Below are positions 38,007 to 47,613 of a DNA stretch of 64,000 nucleotides, in pieces. This DNA comes from Minisyncoccota bacterium. Lineage in GTDB: Bacteria > Patescibacteriota > Minisyncoccia > Phycocordibacterales > GWA1-40-21. Numbering within the stretch: the stretch's first letter is position 1; the number at the start of each line of letters is the position of its first letter. The stretch covers positions 49,074-113,073 of the forward strand of contig JBAYKL010000003.1 in NCBI GenBank assembly GCA_041664585.1. Reading direction: 5' to 3'. The position numbers and the translations under genes were made by a program. The notes beneath the pieces are model-generated. The model saw nothing but the letters and a program-made list of their open reading frames with translations. It had not been told where the DNA came from and ran no database searches.

Positions 38007-38636
38007 ATGATTAGATTACCTAAAATTTATATAGCAAGACATGGACAGGATGAAGATAATTCATTCGGCATTTTGAATGGTCACAGAGATACACAGCTGA
38101 CCGATATTGGAGTAGGACAGGCCGAAGCTTTAGCTAATGCCATAGAAGAAAATAATCTTGGGATAACTAAAATATATTCTTCTCCATTAAAACGTGCATA
38201 TCAAACAGCAGGGATTGTTGCTTCTAAACTTTCTCTTGAGGAACCAGAGGTTTTAGATTTAATCATCGAACGTGATTTTGGAATTATGACTGGTAAACCA
38301 ACAAAAGATATAGAATTGTTATGTTCACCTGAAATAATAAAAACAGACACCATTACCTATTTTTTGTCCCCAGTTAATGCAGAAACATTTCCAGATTTAA
38401 TTAACAGAGCGAAAGAGGTTCTTAGGTTTATAAATTTAAAATGTAATCTATCAGATGTAATTCTTTTGGTATCACACGGTGATATAGGGAAAATGATTTA
38501 TGCAGCTTACTATAATTTAGATTGGAAGGATGTTTTAACAAAATTTCATTTTGGAAATAGCGAGATTATTCTTCTTTCAGAAGACGTTGAGATAAAGGAT
38601 AGATACGTACATAAGGTAGAACAATATAATCTTTAA
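38007..38636 (+). CDS. histidine phosphatase family protein (phosphoglycerate-mutase-like)
   Basis: IYIARHGQ (RHG catalytic motif) and a later SH.G histidine; 209 aa. Confidence 0.65.
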   Translation: MIRLPKIYIARHGQDEDNSFGILNGHRDTQLTDIGVGQAEALANAIEENNLGITKIYSSPLKRAYQTAGIVASKLSLEEPEVLDLIIERDFGIMTGKPTKDIELLCSPEIIKTDTITYFLSPVNAETFPDLINRAKEVLRFINLKCNLSDVILLVSHGDIGKMIYAAYYNLDWKDVLTKFHFGNSEIILLSEDVEIKDRYVHKVEQYNL

Positions 38637-38686
38637 TTAAGATTACTTTTGTTTTTTCCTAATTAATATATATAATATCTTTAGTT

Positions 38687-39220
38687 ATGGGTTTAATAGA
38701 AACAAAAGAAAAAGGTTTTACTCTGATAGAGCTTTTGGTAGTAATAGCTATAATTGCAATGCTGAGCTCTGTTGTTATGGCCGGTTTTAGTGATACTAAA
38801 CAGAAGGGTAGAGATGCTGCTAGAGTAAGGGCCTTACAGGAGGTGAGAAGCGCTTTGCAACTTTATGCTACTGATAAGGGAGGGTTTCCTCCGGGTACCA
38901 ATATATTAGGATCTTCTAATTTATTAACTGAACTTGCGGTAAACAATAAATACATAGCGTCTGTTGATTCTAGTCTAAGATATAGCGGAGTAAATTCCGA
39001 TGGAACTTATTGTAATCCGTCAGTATATACAGTGTGCTCTGGGTACCATATTGGAATAGCCCTAGAAAGAAGAGACAGTGGTGTTTTAGTGAATGACAGT
39101 AACTCAATTCTGCCAACTGGTAGTGGTCCAGGCACAGCGGTGATAGGAACAAATGATACTTGTGGGCCTGCTGGTGTAGTCGGAGGCACCCCAGTATTGT
39201 GCTATGATATTTTACAGTAA
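38687..39220 (+). CDS. type IV pilin-like protein (class III signal KG|FTLIELLVVIAII)
   Basis: Prepilin cleavage motif G|FTLIEL with Glu at +5; hydrophobic N-terminal helix; C-terminal Cys pair. Confidence 0.8.
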   Translation: MGLIETKEKGFTLIELLVVIAIIAMLSSVVMAGFSDTKQKGRDAARVRALQEVRSALQLYATDKGGFPPGTNILGSSNLLTELAVNNKYIASVDSSLRYSGVNSDGTYCNPSVYTVCSGYHIGIALERRDSGVLVNDSNSILPTGSGPGTAVIGTNDTCGPAGVVGGTPVLCYDILQ

Positions 39221-39224
39221 TTTC

Positions 39225-39782
39225 ATGTTTTATAATAAAAGAAAGAATGGTTTTACTCTAATAGAGCTTTTAGTTGTTATATCTATAATCGGCCTACTCT
39301 CCACAGTCATCTTGGCTAGTCTAACGAGCGCAAGGAAAAAGGCTCAAGCTACAAAATTTGTTGCTGATATGAATCAACTCAAAACAGCTTTTGAATTGTA
39401 TAGGAATGACAATGGTCAGTATCCTTTTGAAGATAGACAAATAGGTACTGAAGCCGACGAGATATCACATCTCTCTTTGACAACCAATTTACCGGGCGCT
39501 AGTGGGAAGGGTCTTAATGATGAATTAGTCACGAATAAATACATAAGTTCTATTCCTAATATTTCTCAGTGTCCAACTGTATGTGATTTGAGAGTCACAG
39601 TAACTCCAGAGGATTATGGTTATATTACAAAAAAAGAATTACTCGGTGGTACCGATACCTCTTATCATTGTGGTGGTGTTATTTTTAAAAATTATTTATT
39701 TTATGTCGGTAATAATCAGATAAGTCCGAATTATCCGCACCTTGGTGGGGGCTACGACAATTATTATTGTTTTGGTCAGTAA
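39225..39782 (+). CDS. type IV pilin-like protein (paralog of 40826 and 41378)
   Basis: MFYNKRKNG|FTLIELLVVISIIGLL; start at 39225 chosen over 39204 because it lies after the upstream stop; ends ...YYCFGQ. Confidence 0.8.
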   Translation: MFYNKRKNGFTLIELLVVISIIGLLSTVILASLTSARKKAQATKFVADMNQLKTAFELYRNDNGQYPFEDRQIGTEADEISHLSLTTNLPGASGKGLNDELVTNKYISSIPNISQCPTVCDLRVTVTPEDYGYITKKELLGGTDTSYHCGGVIFKNYLFYVGNNQISPNYPHLGGGYDNYYCFGQ

Positions 39783-39821
39783 TATGTTTAGTTTTCCAAA
39801 AATTAGTTTATAATACATTGT

Positions 39822-40475
39822 ATGTCCGTAGAGTTCGACCAGAAAAATATGTTTTTGAAAAAAAGTAAAGGTTTCACCCTCATAGAACTTCTAGTGGTTA
39901 TTTCAATAATTGGTTTGTTATCTACTGTAGTCATGGCTGGTATGCAAACCGCTAGGCAAAGAGCAAAGAATTCTTATGTAACTGCTTCAATAAAATCTTA
40001 CATAACTGCATTAAAGGGTTATTATGCAGATCATGGAGGGTACCCAGCTAATTATGGAGACGGTTGTGAGTGGGCGGCATATTATTATATTGGATTAGGA
40101 AAAACAGACTATCAAGCATTAGGGGGACATTTTTGCTCGTATATTGATTCGAATTACTTTTTAGACCAACTTTCGCCGTACCTTTCTTCTCTGGATGATC
40201 CTAGTCCGTATGAGAATCCAAAGCCTTATAATGATATCCATAACGTTATCTATTGGAACAGGAAGGGCGCAGGATTTGTTTGCGAAGATAAACAAACAAA
40301 CCTTTACTGTTCTAAGGGTAAAATTGTTTGGGTTATTGATACAACTATAGATAAAAATGTTAATTGTGGGGATGTGGGTGGTGGAAGTAATTCTATGCCG
40401 GCTGAAGATTTACAAAATATTTTTGGTATGGATTTGAAAAATTACGTTTATCACTACTGTTATTTAAATATTTAG
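39822..40475 (+). CDS. type IV pilin-like protein with a long leader (MSVEFDQKNMFLKKSKG|FTLIEL)
   Basis: Prepilin motif. The N-terminal MSVEFDQKN is conserved at protein level with gene 40491, so the 39822 start is probably used; the alternative start is 39849. Confidence 0.7.
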   Translation: MSVEFDQKNMFLKKSKGFTLIELLVVISIIGLLSTVVMAGMQTARQRAKNSYVTASIKSYITALKGYYADHGGYPANYGDGCEWAAYYYIGLGKTDYQALGGHFCSYIDSNYFLDQLSPYLSSLDDPSPYENPKPYNDIHNVIYWNRKGAGFVCEDKQTNLYCSKGKIVWVIDTTIDKNVNCGDVGGGSNSMPAEDLQNIFGMDLKNYVYHYCYLNI

Positions 40476-40490
40476 TGATATAATAATTTT

Positions 40491-40826
40491 ATGTCTATCG
40501 AATTTGATCAAGAAAATAGTTTTAATAAAACTTTTAGCAAAGCCTATTCAAAAAGTGGTGATTCTAAGATAGTCGCATATCTTATTAAAAAGAGGTTTGC
40601 CAAGAATGAAAAACAAGCAAATATGATTTTGCTTGGTATTGCTGTCTTGTGTATTTTATTAACTCTTTCTATTATTAAAACTACAGTCTATCCTGCATCG
40701 GCACCAGTATCACAAAGGACTCGAGAGATTTCTCAAACGATGTCAGAGTACAGAAAAGCCGGTTTACCGTTATCAGAAATAAGAAAAAGGATTGCTGAGG
40801 ATATTCAGTCTGGAAAGATAAAGTAA
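40491..40826 (+). CDS. small membrane protein sharing the MS(V/I)EFDQ(K/E)N N-terminus with the upstream pilin
   Basis: 111 aa, one TM helix, no G|F cleavage motif. Confidence 0.5.
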   Translation: MSIEFDQENSFNKTFSKAYSKSGDSKIVAYLIKKRFAKNEKQANMILLGIAVLCILLTLSIIKTTVYPASAPVSQRTREISQTMSEYRKAGLPLSEIRKRIAEDIQSGKIK

Positions 40827-41371
40827 TGTTTAAGGTAAAGGTAAAAAATAATAGAGGTTTCACCCTCATCGAGCTTTTAGTTGTTATATCTATAATCGGT
40901 CTACTATCCACAGTCGTCTCGGCTAGTCTAACGAGTGCAAGAAAAAAAGCTGAAGCTGCAAAATTTCTTGCAGAAATGGATCAGTTCAAAAAGGCTTTAG
41001 AATTATACAGAACTGATAATGGAATATATCCAGGAGAGCCTGATTATATGGCCTGTTGGATGGGCCCAGGCTCGGTTTGTTCTAAGAACGTTGCTACCTA
41101 TTTAAAAGAAGAATTGGTGGATAAAAAGTACATCCCGGCATTACCACAAGTGAGTAGGTTTGATGATTCGGAATATTATGCTGGGATAACTAACTTGGAT
41201 TTTATGGACTCAGGTGTAAATTATAAAACAGTTTGTGGTGGTAGGTATCTAAAATCATACATGGTTGATTTTTATTATGAAAATATTCCAACTCAAGATT
41301 TTCCTAAATTTTCATATATTATAAATGGGATAGAGTGGCCAATGGGTGACAGGTATTGTTTAGGAGAATAA
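40826..41371 (+). CDS. type IV pilin-like protein
   Basis: RG|FTLIELLVVISIIGLLSTVVSASLTSARKKAEAAKF; ends ...RYCLGE. Confidence 0.8.
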   Translation: MFKVKVKNNRGFTLIELLVVISIIGLLSTVVSASLTSARKKAEAAKFLAEMDQFKKALELYRTDNGIYPGEPDYMACWMGPGSVCSKNVATYLKEELVDKKYIPALPQVSRFDDSEYYAGITNLDFMDSGVNYKTVCGGRYLKSYMVDFYYENIPTQDFPKFSYIINGIEWPMGDRYCLGE

Positions 41372-41377
41372 TTATTT

Positions 41378-41920
41378 ATGAAAACAAAAAGACAAAAAGG
41401 TTTTACATTGATAGAGTTACTGGTTGTTATTTCAATAATAGGTTTATTGTCTACGGTCGTTTTGGCTAGTCTAACGAGTGCAAGAAAAAAAGCTGAAGCT
41501 GCAAAATTTGTTGCGGAGATGAAACAATTAAAAACAGCTTTTGAATTGTATAGGAATGACAACGGAGGTTATCCTGGCGGATTAAATTTTGATAGTTGTT
41601 ATCCTTTATCTGGATCTTGCCAAGATGCAAAAATATTTTTAATAAATGAATTAGTTAATAAAAAATATATTCAGTCCGTACCCCAAATAGACAATTTTAA
41701 TGAATTTTATTATTCGGCCGGTGCAACTCTGGATCAGACTATTGGGCAAACAAGATGGCAGCAAATTTGCGGAGGCAGGGCTTTAAAAGCATGGGGACTT
41801 TTCTTTGTATATCCAAATATACCAATAAACGATTTTGATGTTTGGGAAGCTTATGTTTATGAAAATGGACAATATCAAGGCTCAAATACCTTCGATGGTT
41901 TTTATTGTATTGGGGAGTAG
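41378..41920 (+). CDS. type IV pilin-like protein
   Basis: KG|FTLIELLVVISIIGLLSTVVLASLTSARKKAEAAKF; ends ...FYCIGE; 5' 170 nt about 85-90% identical to 39225 and 40826. Confidence 0.8.
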   Translation: MKTKRQKGFTLIELLVVISIIGLLSTVVLASLTSARKKAEAAKFVAEMKQLKTAFELYRNDNGGYPGGLNFDSCYPLSGSCQDAKIFLINELVNKKYIQSVPQIDNFNEFYYSAGATLDQTIGQTRWQQICGGRALKAWGLFFVYPNIPINDFDVWEAYVYENGQYQGSNTFDGFYCIGE

Positions 41921-41921
41921 A

Positions 41922-42584
41922 CTAATGCCCTAAAGCAAATCCAATTACTTTTTTTGTCCCAGCTTCTTCGAGTGCTTGGCGAGCTTCTTTCATGGTTGCC
42001 CCAGTAGTAATCACATCATCTATTAATATTATATTTTTACCTTTTATTCTTTCTTTGTCTACATAAAAACATCCATCCAAATTTTTTAATCTTTGCATTT
42101 TATTTTTTGTTTTTGCTTGGTGCTTAGTTTCTTTTATTTTTTTTAAAGCTTTAAAATCTGTTGAGAAATTTTCCCCACCATCTATTTTTATAAGTTCTTT
42201 TATGATGAGTTCGCATTGATTATATCCTCTTTCTCTCAGATTCTCTTTGCTTGTTGGTATTGGTACAAGGATGGGGGATTGAAAATTATTAAAAAGCAAT
42301 TCGTCGCCAATTTCTTCCAATATGAAATCGTATAGGGCTTTCGAAAACTTTTCTAAAATCCCTTTGTTCTTCTTATATTTTATTTCCCATATAGCTTGTT
42401 TTACAATTTTATTTTTATATTGGAAAAGAGCTTTGAATTTAGGGTTATTTGTCTCAGCGGCTTTTGGTAGTTCCCTTACTATATATTCAGAATTAAGGTT
42501 TTCTATTTCAAGAATCTTTTCTTCTTTTGGTAACAAAATGGAGAGTATCGTCTCAAATATTTTTTTAATTCCTTGCAGTATCAT
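41922..42584 (-). CDS. comF: ComF/GntX-family phosphoribosyltransferase-domain competence protein
   Basis: C-terminal PRTase motif NIILIDDVITTGATM. Confidence 0.7.
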   Translation of the reverse strand: MILQGIKKIFETILSILLPKEEKILEIENLNSEYIVRELPKAAETNNPKFKALFQYKNKIVKQAIWEIKYKKNKGILEKFSKALYDFILEEIGDELLFNNFQSPILVPIPTSKENLRERGYNQCELIIKELIKIDGGENFSTDFKALKKIKETKHQAKTKNKMQRLKNLDGCFYVDKERIKGKNIILIDDVITTGATMKEARQALEEAGTKKVIGFALGH

Positions 42585-42655
42585 TTTGTAGTTAAAGTAT
42601 TTGAGCTATTTTAACATAGTGTGATATAATATTAGTAATTGAAATTAAGTTAAAT

Positions 42656-43774
42656 ATGGATAATCCATTTAAAAATATTTTTAGTTCATTTTTTGCAACG
42701 AAAGAATCTAGTGTTCTTGGTGTTGATATTGGCCCTTCATCTATCAAGGTTGTTCAGCTTAAAAAGAAAAATGGAAGAGCTGTTCTTGAAACCTACGGAG
42801 AGTTGGTTTTAGGTCCTTATGCTGGTACAGATAGTGGCAGATCTACCGTTCTCGGTACAGAAAAACTTGTTGAGGCATTGAAAGACTTATTAAAAGAATC
42901 AAATACAACGACCTTAAACGCTGGTATGTCTATTCCAATAGGTTCAAGTATGATTACTTTTATTAAACTTCCAACAACAGACGAGAGACAGCTTGCAGAG
43001 ATGGTTCCTATAGAAGCAAGGAAATATATCCCGGTTTCAATATCGGAGGTTAGTATAGACTACTGGCCAATACCAAAAGATGAATCATCTGTTTCAGAGT
43101 TTCAAAATGGAGAAAAAAAGGAGACAAGTAAAGATACAGAAGTACTGCTTGTTGTTATACACAACGATGCTGTGAATAAAAATAAAGATATACAAAAGGC
43201 AGTTGGTTTTGAAAATGCTTTTTCCGAGATAGAAATATTTAGTTGTATGAGAGCAGCTCTTGATCCTGGTATCGCACCCCAGATGATTATTGATTTTGGT
43301 TCAAGTTCTACCAAGGCTTTTATAGTAGAGAGGGGAGTCCTAAGATCTTCTCACGTCATCAATCGTGGTTCTCAGGATATTACACTCTCTATATCAAAAT
43401 CTTTGAGCATTTCTTTTGAAGAAGCTGAAAAGATAAAAAGAATACAAGGAATAGTTGGTAAAACTGGACAAGATAGTGTTGCAGAGGTTTCTTCTACCAC
43501 AGTTGATTATATTTTGGCTGAAATAGGTAGGGTCATCATGGGTTATTATAAGAAAAATGGCAAGAAAGTTAGCAAGATTATTTTAACCGGTGGAGGAGCT
43601 TTACTAAAAGGTCTTAGGGAAAAGGCCGGCTTAGCTTTTGAAACACCCGTAGAAGTTGCTGATCCTTTTGCAAAAGTTGAGTATCCTGCGTTTTTAGAGG
43701 AGGTTCTCAAAAATTCTGGACCAGAATTTGCAGTTGCTATTGGTTTGGCTATAAGAAAACTACAAGAAATATAA
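42656..43774 (+). CDS. pilM: type IV pilus assembly protein PilM (actin-like ATPase fold)
   Basis: SSVLGVDIGPSSIKVVQLKK N-terminus and an overall FtsA/PilM-like architecture. Confidence 0.75.
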   Translation: MDNPFKNIFSSFFATKESSVLGVDIGPSSIKVVQLKKKNGRAVLETYGELVLGPYAGTDSGRSTVLGTEKLVEALKDLLKESNTTTLNAGMSIPIGSSMITFIKLPTTDERQLAEMVPIEARKYIPVSISEVSIDYWPIPKDESSVSEFQNGEKKETSKDTEVLLVVIHNDAVNKNKDIQKAVGFENAFSEIEIFSCMRAALDPGIAPQMIIDFGSSSTKAFIVERGVLRSSHVINRGSQDITLSISKSLSISFEEAEKIKRIQGIVGKTGQDSVAEVSSTTVDYILAEIGRVIMGYYKKNGKKVSKIILTGGGALLKGLREKAGLAFETPVEVADPFAKVEYPAFLEEVLKNSGPEFAVAIGLAIRKLQEI

Positions 43775-43830
43775 TCCACAGTTTTTTATTGGTGTTTTAT
43801 TTTTTTATTTGATGTATAATATTATTAGAA

Positions 43831-44442
43831 ATGGAAACTAAATTTCAAACATCTTTTATACCCAAAAAACCTGTCGTTGAGGAACAGAGAAACAATTCAA
43901 GTATCAGTCTATTCCTGTTGCTTTCAATAATAGTTTTCTTGGTCTCTCTCGGTCTTGGGGGATGGATTTTTATACAAAAAGACTTACTTGTAAAAAACAT
44001 AGCTGCTGCTGAAGAAATTATTAAAGCAAATAAGGGGGCTTTCGAATTAGATACTATAGAGAGCATGATTCGTTTGGATTCAAGAATTAAGATTTCTAAG
44101 GGTCTTTTGGCAAGCCACATTTCAGTTTCTCCAATCTTCAGTTTTTTGGAGGACAAAACTTTGAAGAGTGTTAGATTTAAAACATTTAGTTTTTCTAGTG
44201 CTGGTAAAGATGAGAGTGGTGCCCAGTCAATAAAACTAACAATGACTGGTCAAGCTAGAGATTTTAAGACAATCGCATTGCAAGCAGAAGAATTTGGTAA
44301 TGTGAACTATAGAAATATAATTAAGAATCCTGTTTTTGCAGATTTAAATCTTACCTCTGATGGAAGTGTTTCCTTCTCTGCATCGATGCTAGTTATCCCA
44401 AGCTTCTTATCTTATTCAAAAAGTATAGTAGGAAACCAATAA
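43831..44442 (+). CDS. pilN: PilN-like pilus assembly protein (N-terminal TM plus periplasmic domain)
   Basis: Single TM after a short cytoplasmic segment, immediately after pilM. Confidence 0.5.
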   Translation: METKFQTSFIPKKPVVEEQRNNSSISLFLLLSIIVFLVSLGLGGWIFIQKDLLVKNIAAAEEIIKANKGAFELDTIESMIRLDSRIKISKGLLASHISVSPIFSFLEDKTLKSVRFKTFSFSSAGKDESGAQSIKLTMTGQARDFKTIALQAEEFGNVNYRNIIKNPVFADLNLTSDGSVSFSASMLVIPSFLSYSKSIVGNQ

Positions 44443-44443
44443 T

Positions 44444-45016
44444 ATGAATTTTATATTACCATTAATTTTAATACTTTCTTCCCTAGGAATATTCTTTGGG
44501 TATGTTGATCCAAATTATAAAGGATCAGGCGCTGTTGTAGAGAGTGATCTCACTACTTATGGTATTAAGCAACTTCAGGATGAGTATGCTAAATATCAAG
44601 ATACATCAAACAATTCTACAAAAGTTGTTCAAAACAGAGAAACTCTCACTGCAAAGAATAATAAAATATTAGAAACAGATAAGGCCAAGCTTTTAAAAAT
44701 GCTTCCAGATAATATTGATAATGTTAAACTTATTCTAGAAATTACTGATATCGCTGCTAAAAGAAATCTCTCTCTTAAGGGCATTTCCATTAGTGGTTCT
44801 ACTAAAACATCAGAAACTATAGGCCCAGATAATACACCTTATGGTACTTTGAATTTGAAGTTTTCTGTAAATACTACCTATGACACCTTTTTGAATTTAT
44901 TGAATGATTTAGAGAGCAACTTGAGACTTGTTGATATTACAGATGTTGGTTTTGCTTCTTCGGAAACCGATTTTTATGATTTTAGTGTTAGTTTAAATAC
45001 GTATTGGTTAAAATAA
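44444..45016 (+). CDS. pilO: PilO-like pilus assembly protein
   Basis: N-terminal TM, coiled-coil region, position after pilN. Confidence 0.45.
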   Translation: MNFILPLILILSSLGIFFGYVDPNYKGSGAVVESDLTTYGIKQLQDEYAKYQDTSNNSTKVVQNRETLTAKNNKILETDKAKLLKMLPDNIDNVKLILEITDIAAKRNLSLKGISISGSTKTSETIGPDNTPYGTLNLKFSVNTTYDTFLNLLNDLESNLRLVDITDVGFASSETDFYDFSVSLNTYWLK

Positions 45017-45021
45017 CGATT

Positions 45022-45408
45022 ATGAATAAAAAGAATCAAATTTTAATAGTAGTGATAGTAGTGATAGTTGGTTTTTTTGTATTTAATTACTTCAAAAACA
45101 GCTCGGTTGATAATTCTGGTTCTTCTATCGTTGCTGAACAGAGAGTCACTGAATTTGCTGGGGCTAGAGAAATATTAAGTCTTCTAAATAGAATGTCTAA
45201 TGTTAAATTAGACGATTCTATATTTAACGATAGTAGTTTTAAGTCTTTGAAAGACACCACAGTTGTTTTGGTAGGACAGCCAGTTGGTAGAAATAATCCT
45301 TTTGCACCGCTAGGTACAGATGGTTCGAGATCTACTTCATCATCGGCTTCTTCAGCACCAAAAACTCAGTCTGGATCAACACCTTTTGGCGGAAGCACAC
45401 AGAGATAG
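45022..45408 (+). CDS. small TM protein with Ser-rich tail, possible PilP-like component
   Basis: ATG at 45022 after the pilO stop; N-terminal TM; position in the pilMNOP-like block. Confidence 0.35.
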   Translation: MNKKNQILIVVIVVIVGFFVFNYFKNSSVDNSGSSIVAEQRVTEFAGAREILSLLNRMSNVKLDDSIFNDSSFKSLKDTTVVLVGQPVGRNNPFAPLGTDGSRSTSSSASSAPKTQSGSTPFGGSTQR

Positions 45409-45458
45409 TTTTTGGTTTTTGAGAAAGACAGTTTTCAATTAAGGTGATTATTTTAAAC

Positions 45459-47189
45459 ATGACCATACTAGAAATTTTAGTTAATAAAAATATAATAAAG
45501 AAGGAAGATATAACCAAGATCGAGAAGGAGATGAGCGTATCAGGTAAAACCTTGGAAGAAACACTTGAGGGTTTTGGGGTTTCTTCTGATACTATGCTTA
45601 GTGCTAAGGGAGAATATTTTAACGTTCCAATATTAAGTCTTGGTAATCATACAGTTCCTTTTTCTATTTTAAAATATATACCAGAGGACGCCGCTACACA
45701 TTATGGTGTGGTGCCAATATCTCTTAAGGACGGCGTGCTTGATATTGGTGTTCTTGATCCAGAAAACATTGAGGCAAGAGATGCTTTGAACTTTATTGCT
45801 GGAAAGATGAATGTTCCATACAAGATTTTTCTTATATCAGAAGGAGATTTTAAAAAGACAATTGAAAGTTATAAGGGAATGTCAGGAGAGGTGACAAAGG
45901 CTTTAAATGAGCTTGAATCAGAATTGTCTGATGATCTTGAAGATGTGGAAATTGTAAAAGGTGGTTTAGCAACTAATTCTGAATCTGGTAAAGTTGAAAC
46001 AAAGATTATCGAAGATGCTCCTGTTACAAAAATTGTTGCTACTATTCTAAGATATGCCACAGAAGGTGGAGCTTCCGACGTACACATTGAACACATGAGG
46101 GATCAGATAAGAGTCAGATTTAGAGTCGATGGAGTCTTAAATACTAGTTTAGTTTTACCTGTTGAGGTTCATCAGGCTGTTGTTGCTAGAATCAAGATCC
46201 TTTCAAATATGAAGCTTGATGAGAAGCGTAAACCACAGGACGGTCGTTTTTCTGCAAAGATTGAAGGAAGAAAGATAGATTTTCGTGTATCTACTTTTCC
46301 TTCATATTTCGGTGAAAAAGTGGTTATGAGAATTTTGGATCAAGAGAAAGGTGTAAAACCACTTGAAGAGATGGGAATGTCTCCTAAACATATGCAAATG
46401 GTACGTGATGCTATAAAAAGACCATACGGTATGATTCTGATTTCTGGTCCTACAGGATCTGGTAAGACAACTACTTTATATGCCATGTTGAATGAGATCA
46501 ATAAAGATGAGAAAAACGTTTTGAGTTTGGAAGACCCTATAGAATACAATATAGATGGTATGAGCCAGTCACAGGTTTTTCCAGAAATTGGTTATACTTT
46601 CGCTTCTGGTTTGAGAACAACCTTAAGACAAGACCCAGACGTTATCATGGTGGGAGAAATTAGAGATAAAGAAACAGCTCAGCTTGCTATTCAGGCTGCT
46701 CTTACTGGTCACTTGGTTCTTTCCACAATACACACAAATACATCAACTGGTGTTGTACCTAGACTTATAGACATGGGAGTAGATCCTTTCCTTTTACCAC
46801 CGACACTTATTCTCACTATCGCTCAGAGACTTGTTAGAAAAATATGTCCTGGAACTGGCAGACCGATGCCAATTGAGGGTAGTTTGAAACAAATGGTTGA
46901 TAATCAATTTAAGGATTTACCAGAACAGTTCAAGACAGAAATACCAGATGTAAAAGAGATCCTTGGTGTTGAGCCAACATCTGCTTGCCCAAATGGTACT
47001 AAAGGAAGACTTGCTGTGTACGAAATGTTTAATATGAATAAAGAGATTGAGCAGGTTATTCTTAAGAATCCAGTGGAGTCAGCTGTGTTTGACGCCGCAA
47101 GAAGAAATGGACTTATAACAATGAAAGAGGATGCCATGATAAAGGCAATGAAGAAGATCATTCCTTTTGAAGAGATTAATGATTTATAA
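45459..47189 (+). CDS. pilB: type IV pilus assembly ATPase PilB/GspE
   Basis: N-terminal GspII_E-like domain, Walker A LISGPTGSGKTTTLYAML, tetracysteine-like region, Walker B/His box. ATG at 45459 with AAGGTGA upstream. Confidence 0.85.
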   Translation: MTILEILVNKNIIKKEDITKIEKEMSVSGKTLEETLEGFGVSSDTMLSAKGEYFNVPILSLGNHTVPFSILKYIPEDAATHYGVVPISLKDGVLDIGVLDPENIEARDALNFIAGKMNVPYKIFLISEGDFKKTIESYKGMSGEVTKALNELESELSDDLEDVEIVKGGLATNSESGKVETKIIEDAPVTKIVATILRYATEGGASDVHIEHMRDQIRVRFRVDGVLNTSLVLPVEVHQAVVARIKILSNMKLDEKRKPQDGRFSAKIEGRKIDFRVSTFPSYFGEKVVMRILDQEKGVKPLEEMGMSPKHMQMVRDAIKRPYGMILISGPTGSGKTTTLYAMLNEINKDEKNVLSLEDPIEYNIDGMSQSQVFPEIGYTFASGLRTTLRQDPDVIMVGEIRDKETAQLAIQAALTGHLVLSTIHTNTSTGVVPRLIDMGVDPFLLPPTLILTIAQRLVRKICPGTGRPMPIEGSLKQMVDNQFKDLPEQFKTEIPDVKEILGVEPTSACPNGTKGRLAVYEMFNMNKEIEQVILKNPVESAVFDAARRNGLITMKEDAMIKAMKKIIPFEEINDL

Positions 47190-47219
47190 AAATAAGAGAT
47201 AAGTGATATAATACTACCT

Positions 47220-47612
47220 ATGACAACAGAAAAGAGAAAAATTTTAATATTGGATGACGATCGTTTTTTGCTAAACATGTACTCAATGAAATTTGAGAAA
47301 AACGGTTTCGATGTAAAGGTGGCTGGCGGAGGACCAGAAGCACTGGAGATTCTTAAGGAAGGTTTCAAACCAGACATTATGCTTATGGACTTGATTATGC
47401 CTGTTATGGATGGATTCACTTTCTACGAAACAGCAAAGAATGAAAAACTTGCTGATGGTATTATAGCTATAATGCTTACAAACCAAGGTTTGGTATCTGA
47501 TATAAACAGAGCAAAAGAGCTTGGGGTACATGGATATATTGTCAAAGCAACCACAATTCCTTCTGAGGTGGTAGAAGAGGTTATACAAATTTATAACAAT
47601 AATAAAAAATAA
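47220..47612 (+). CDS. stand-alone CheY-like response-regulator receiver domain (PilG/PilH-like)
   Basis: ILILDDD...D(57)-like LMDLIMPVMDG...K motif pattern; 130 aa. Confidence 0.7.
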   Translation: MTTEKRKILILDDDRFLLNMYSMKFEKNGFDVKVAGGGPEALEILKEGFKPDIMLMDLIMPVMDGFTFYETAKNEKLADGIIAIMLTNQGLVSDINRAKELGVHGYIVKATTIPSEVVEEVIQIYNNNKK

Positions 47613-47613
47613 T

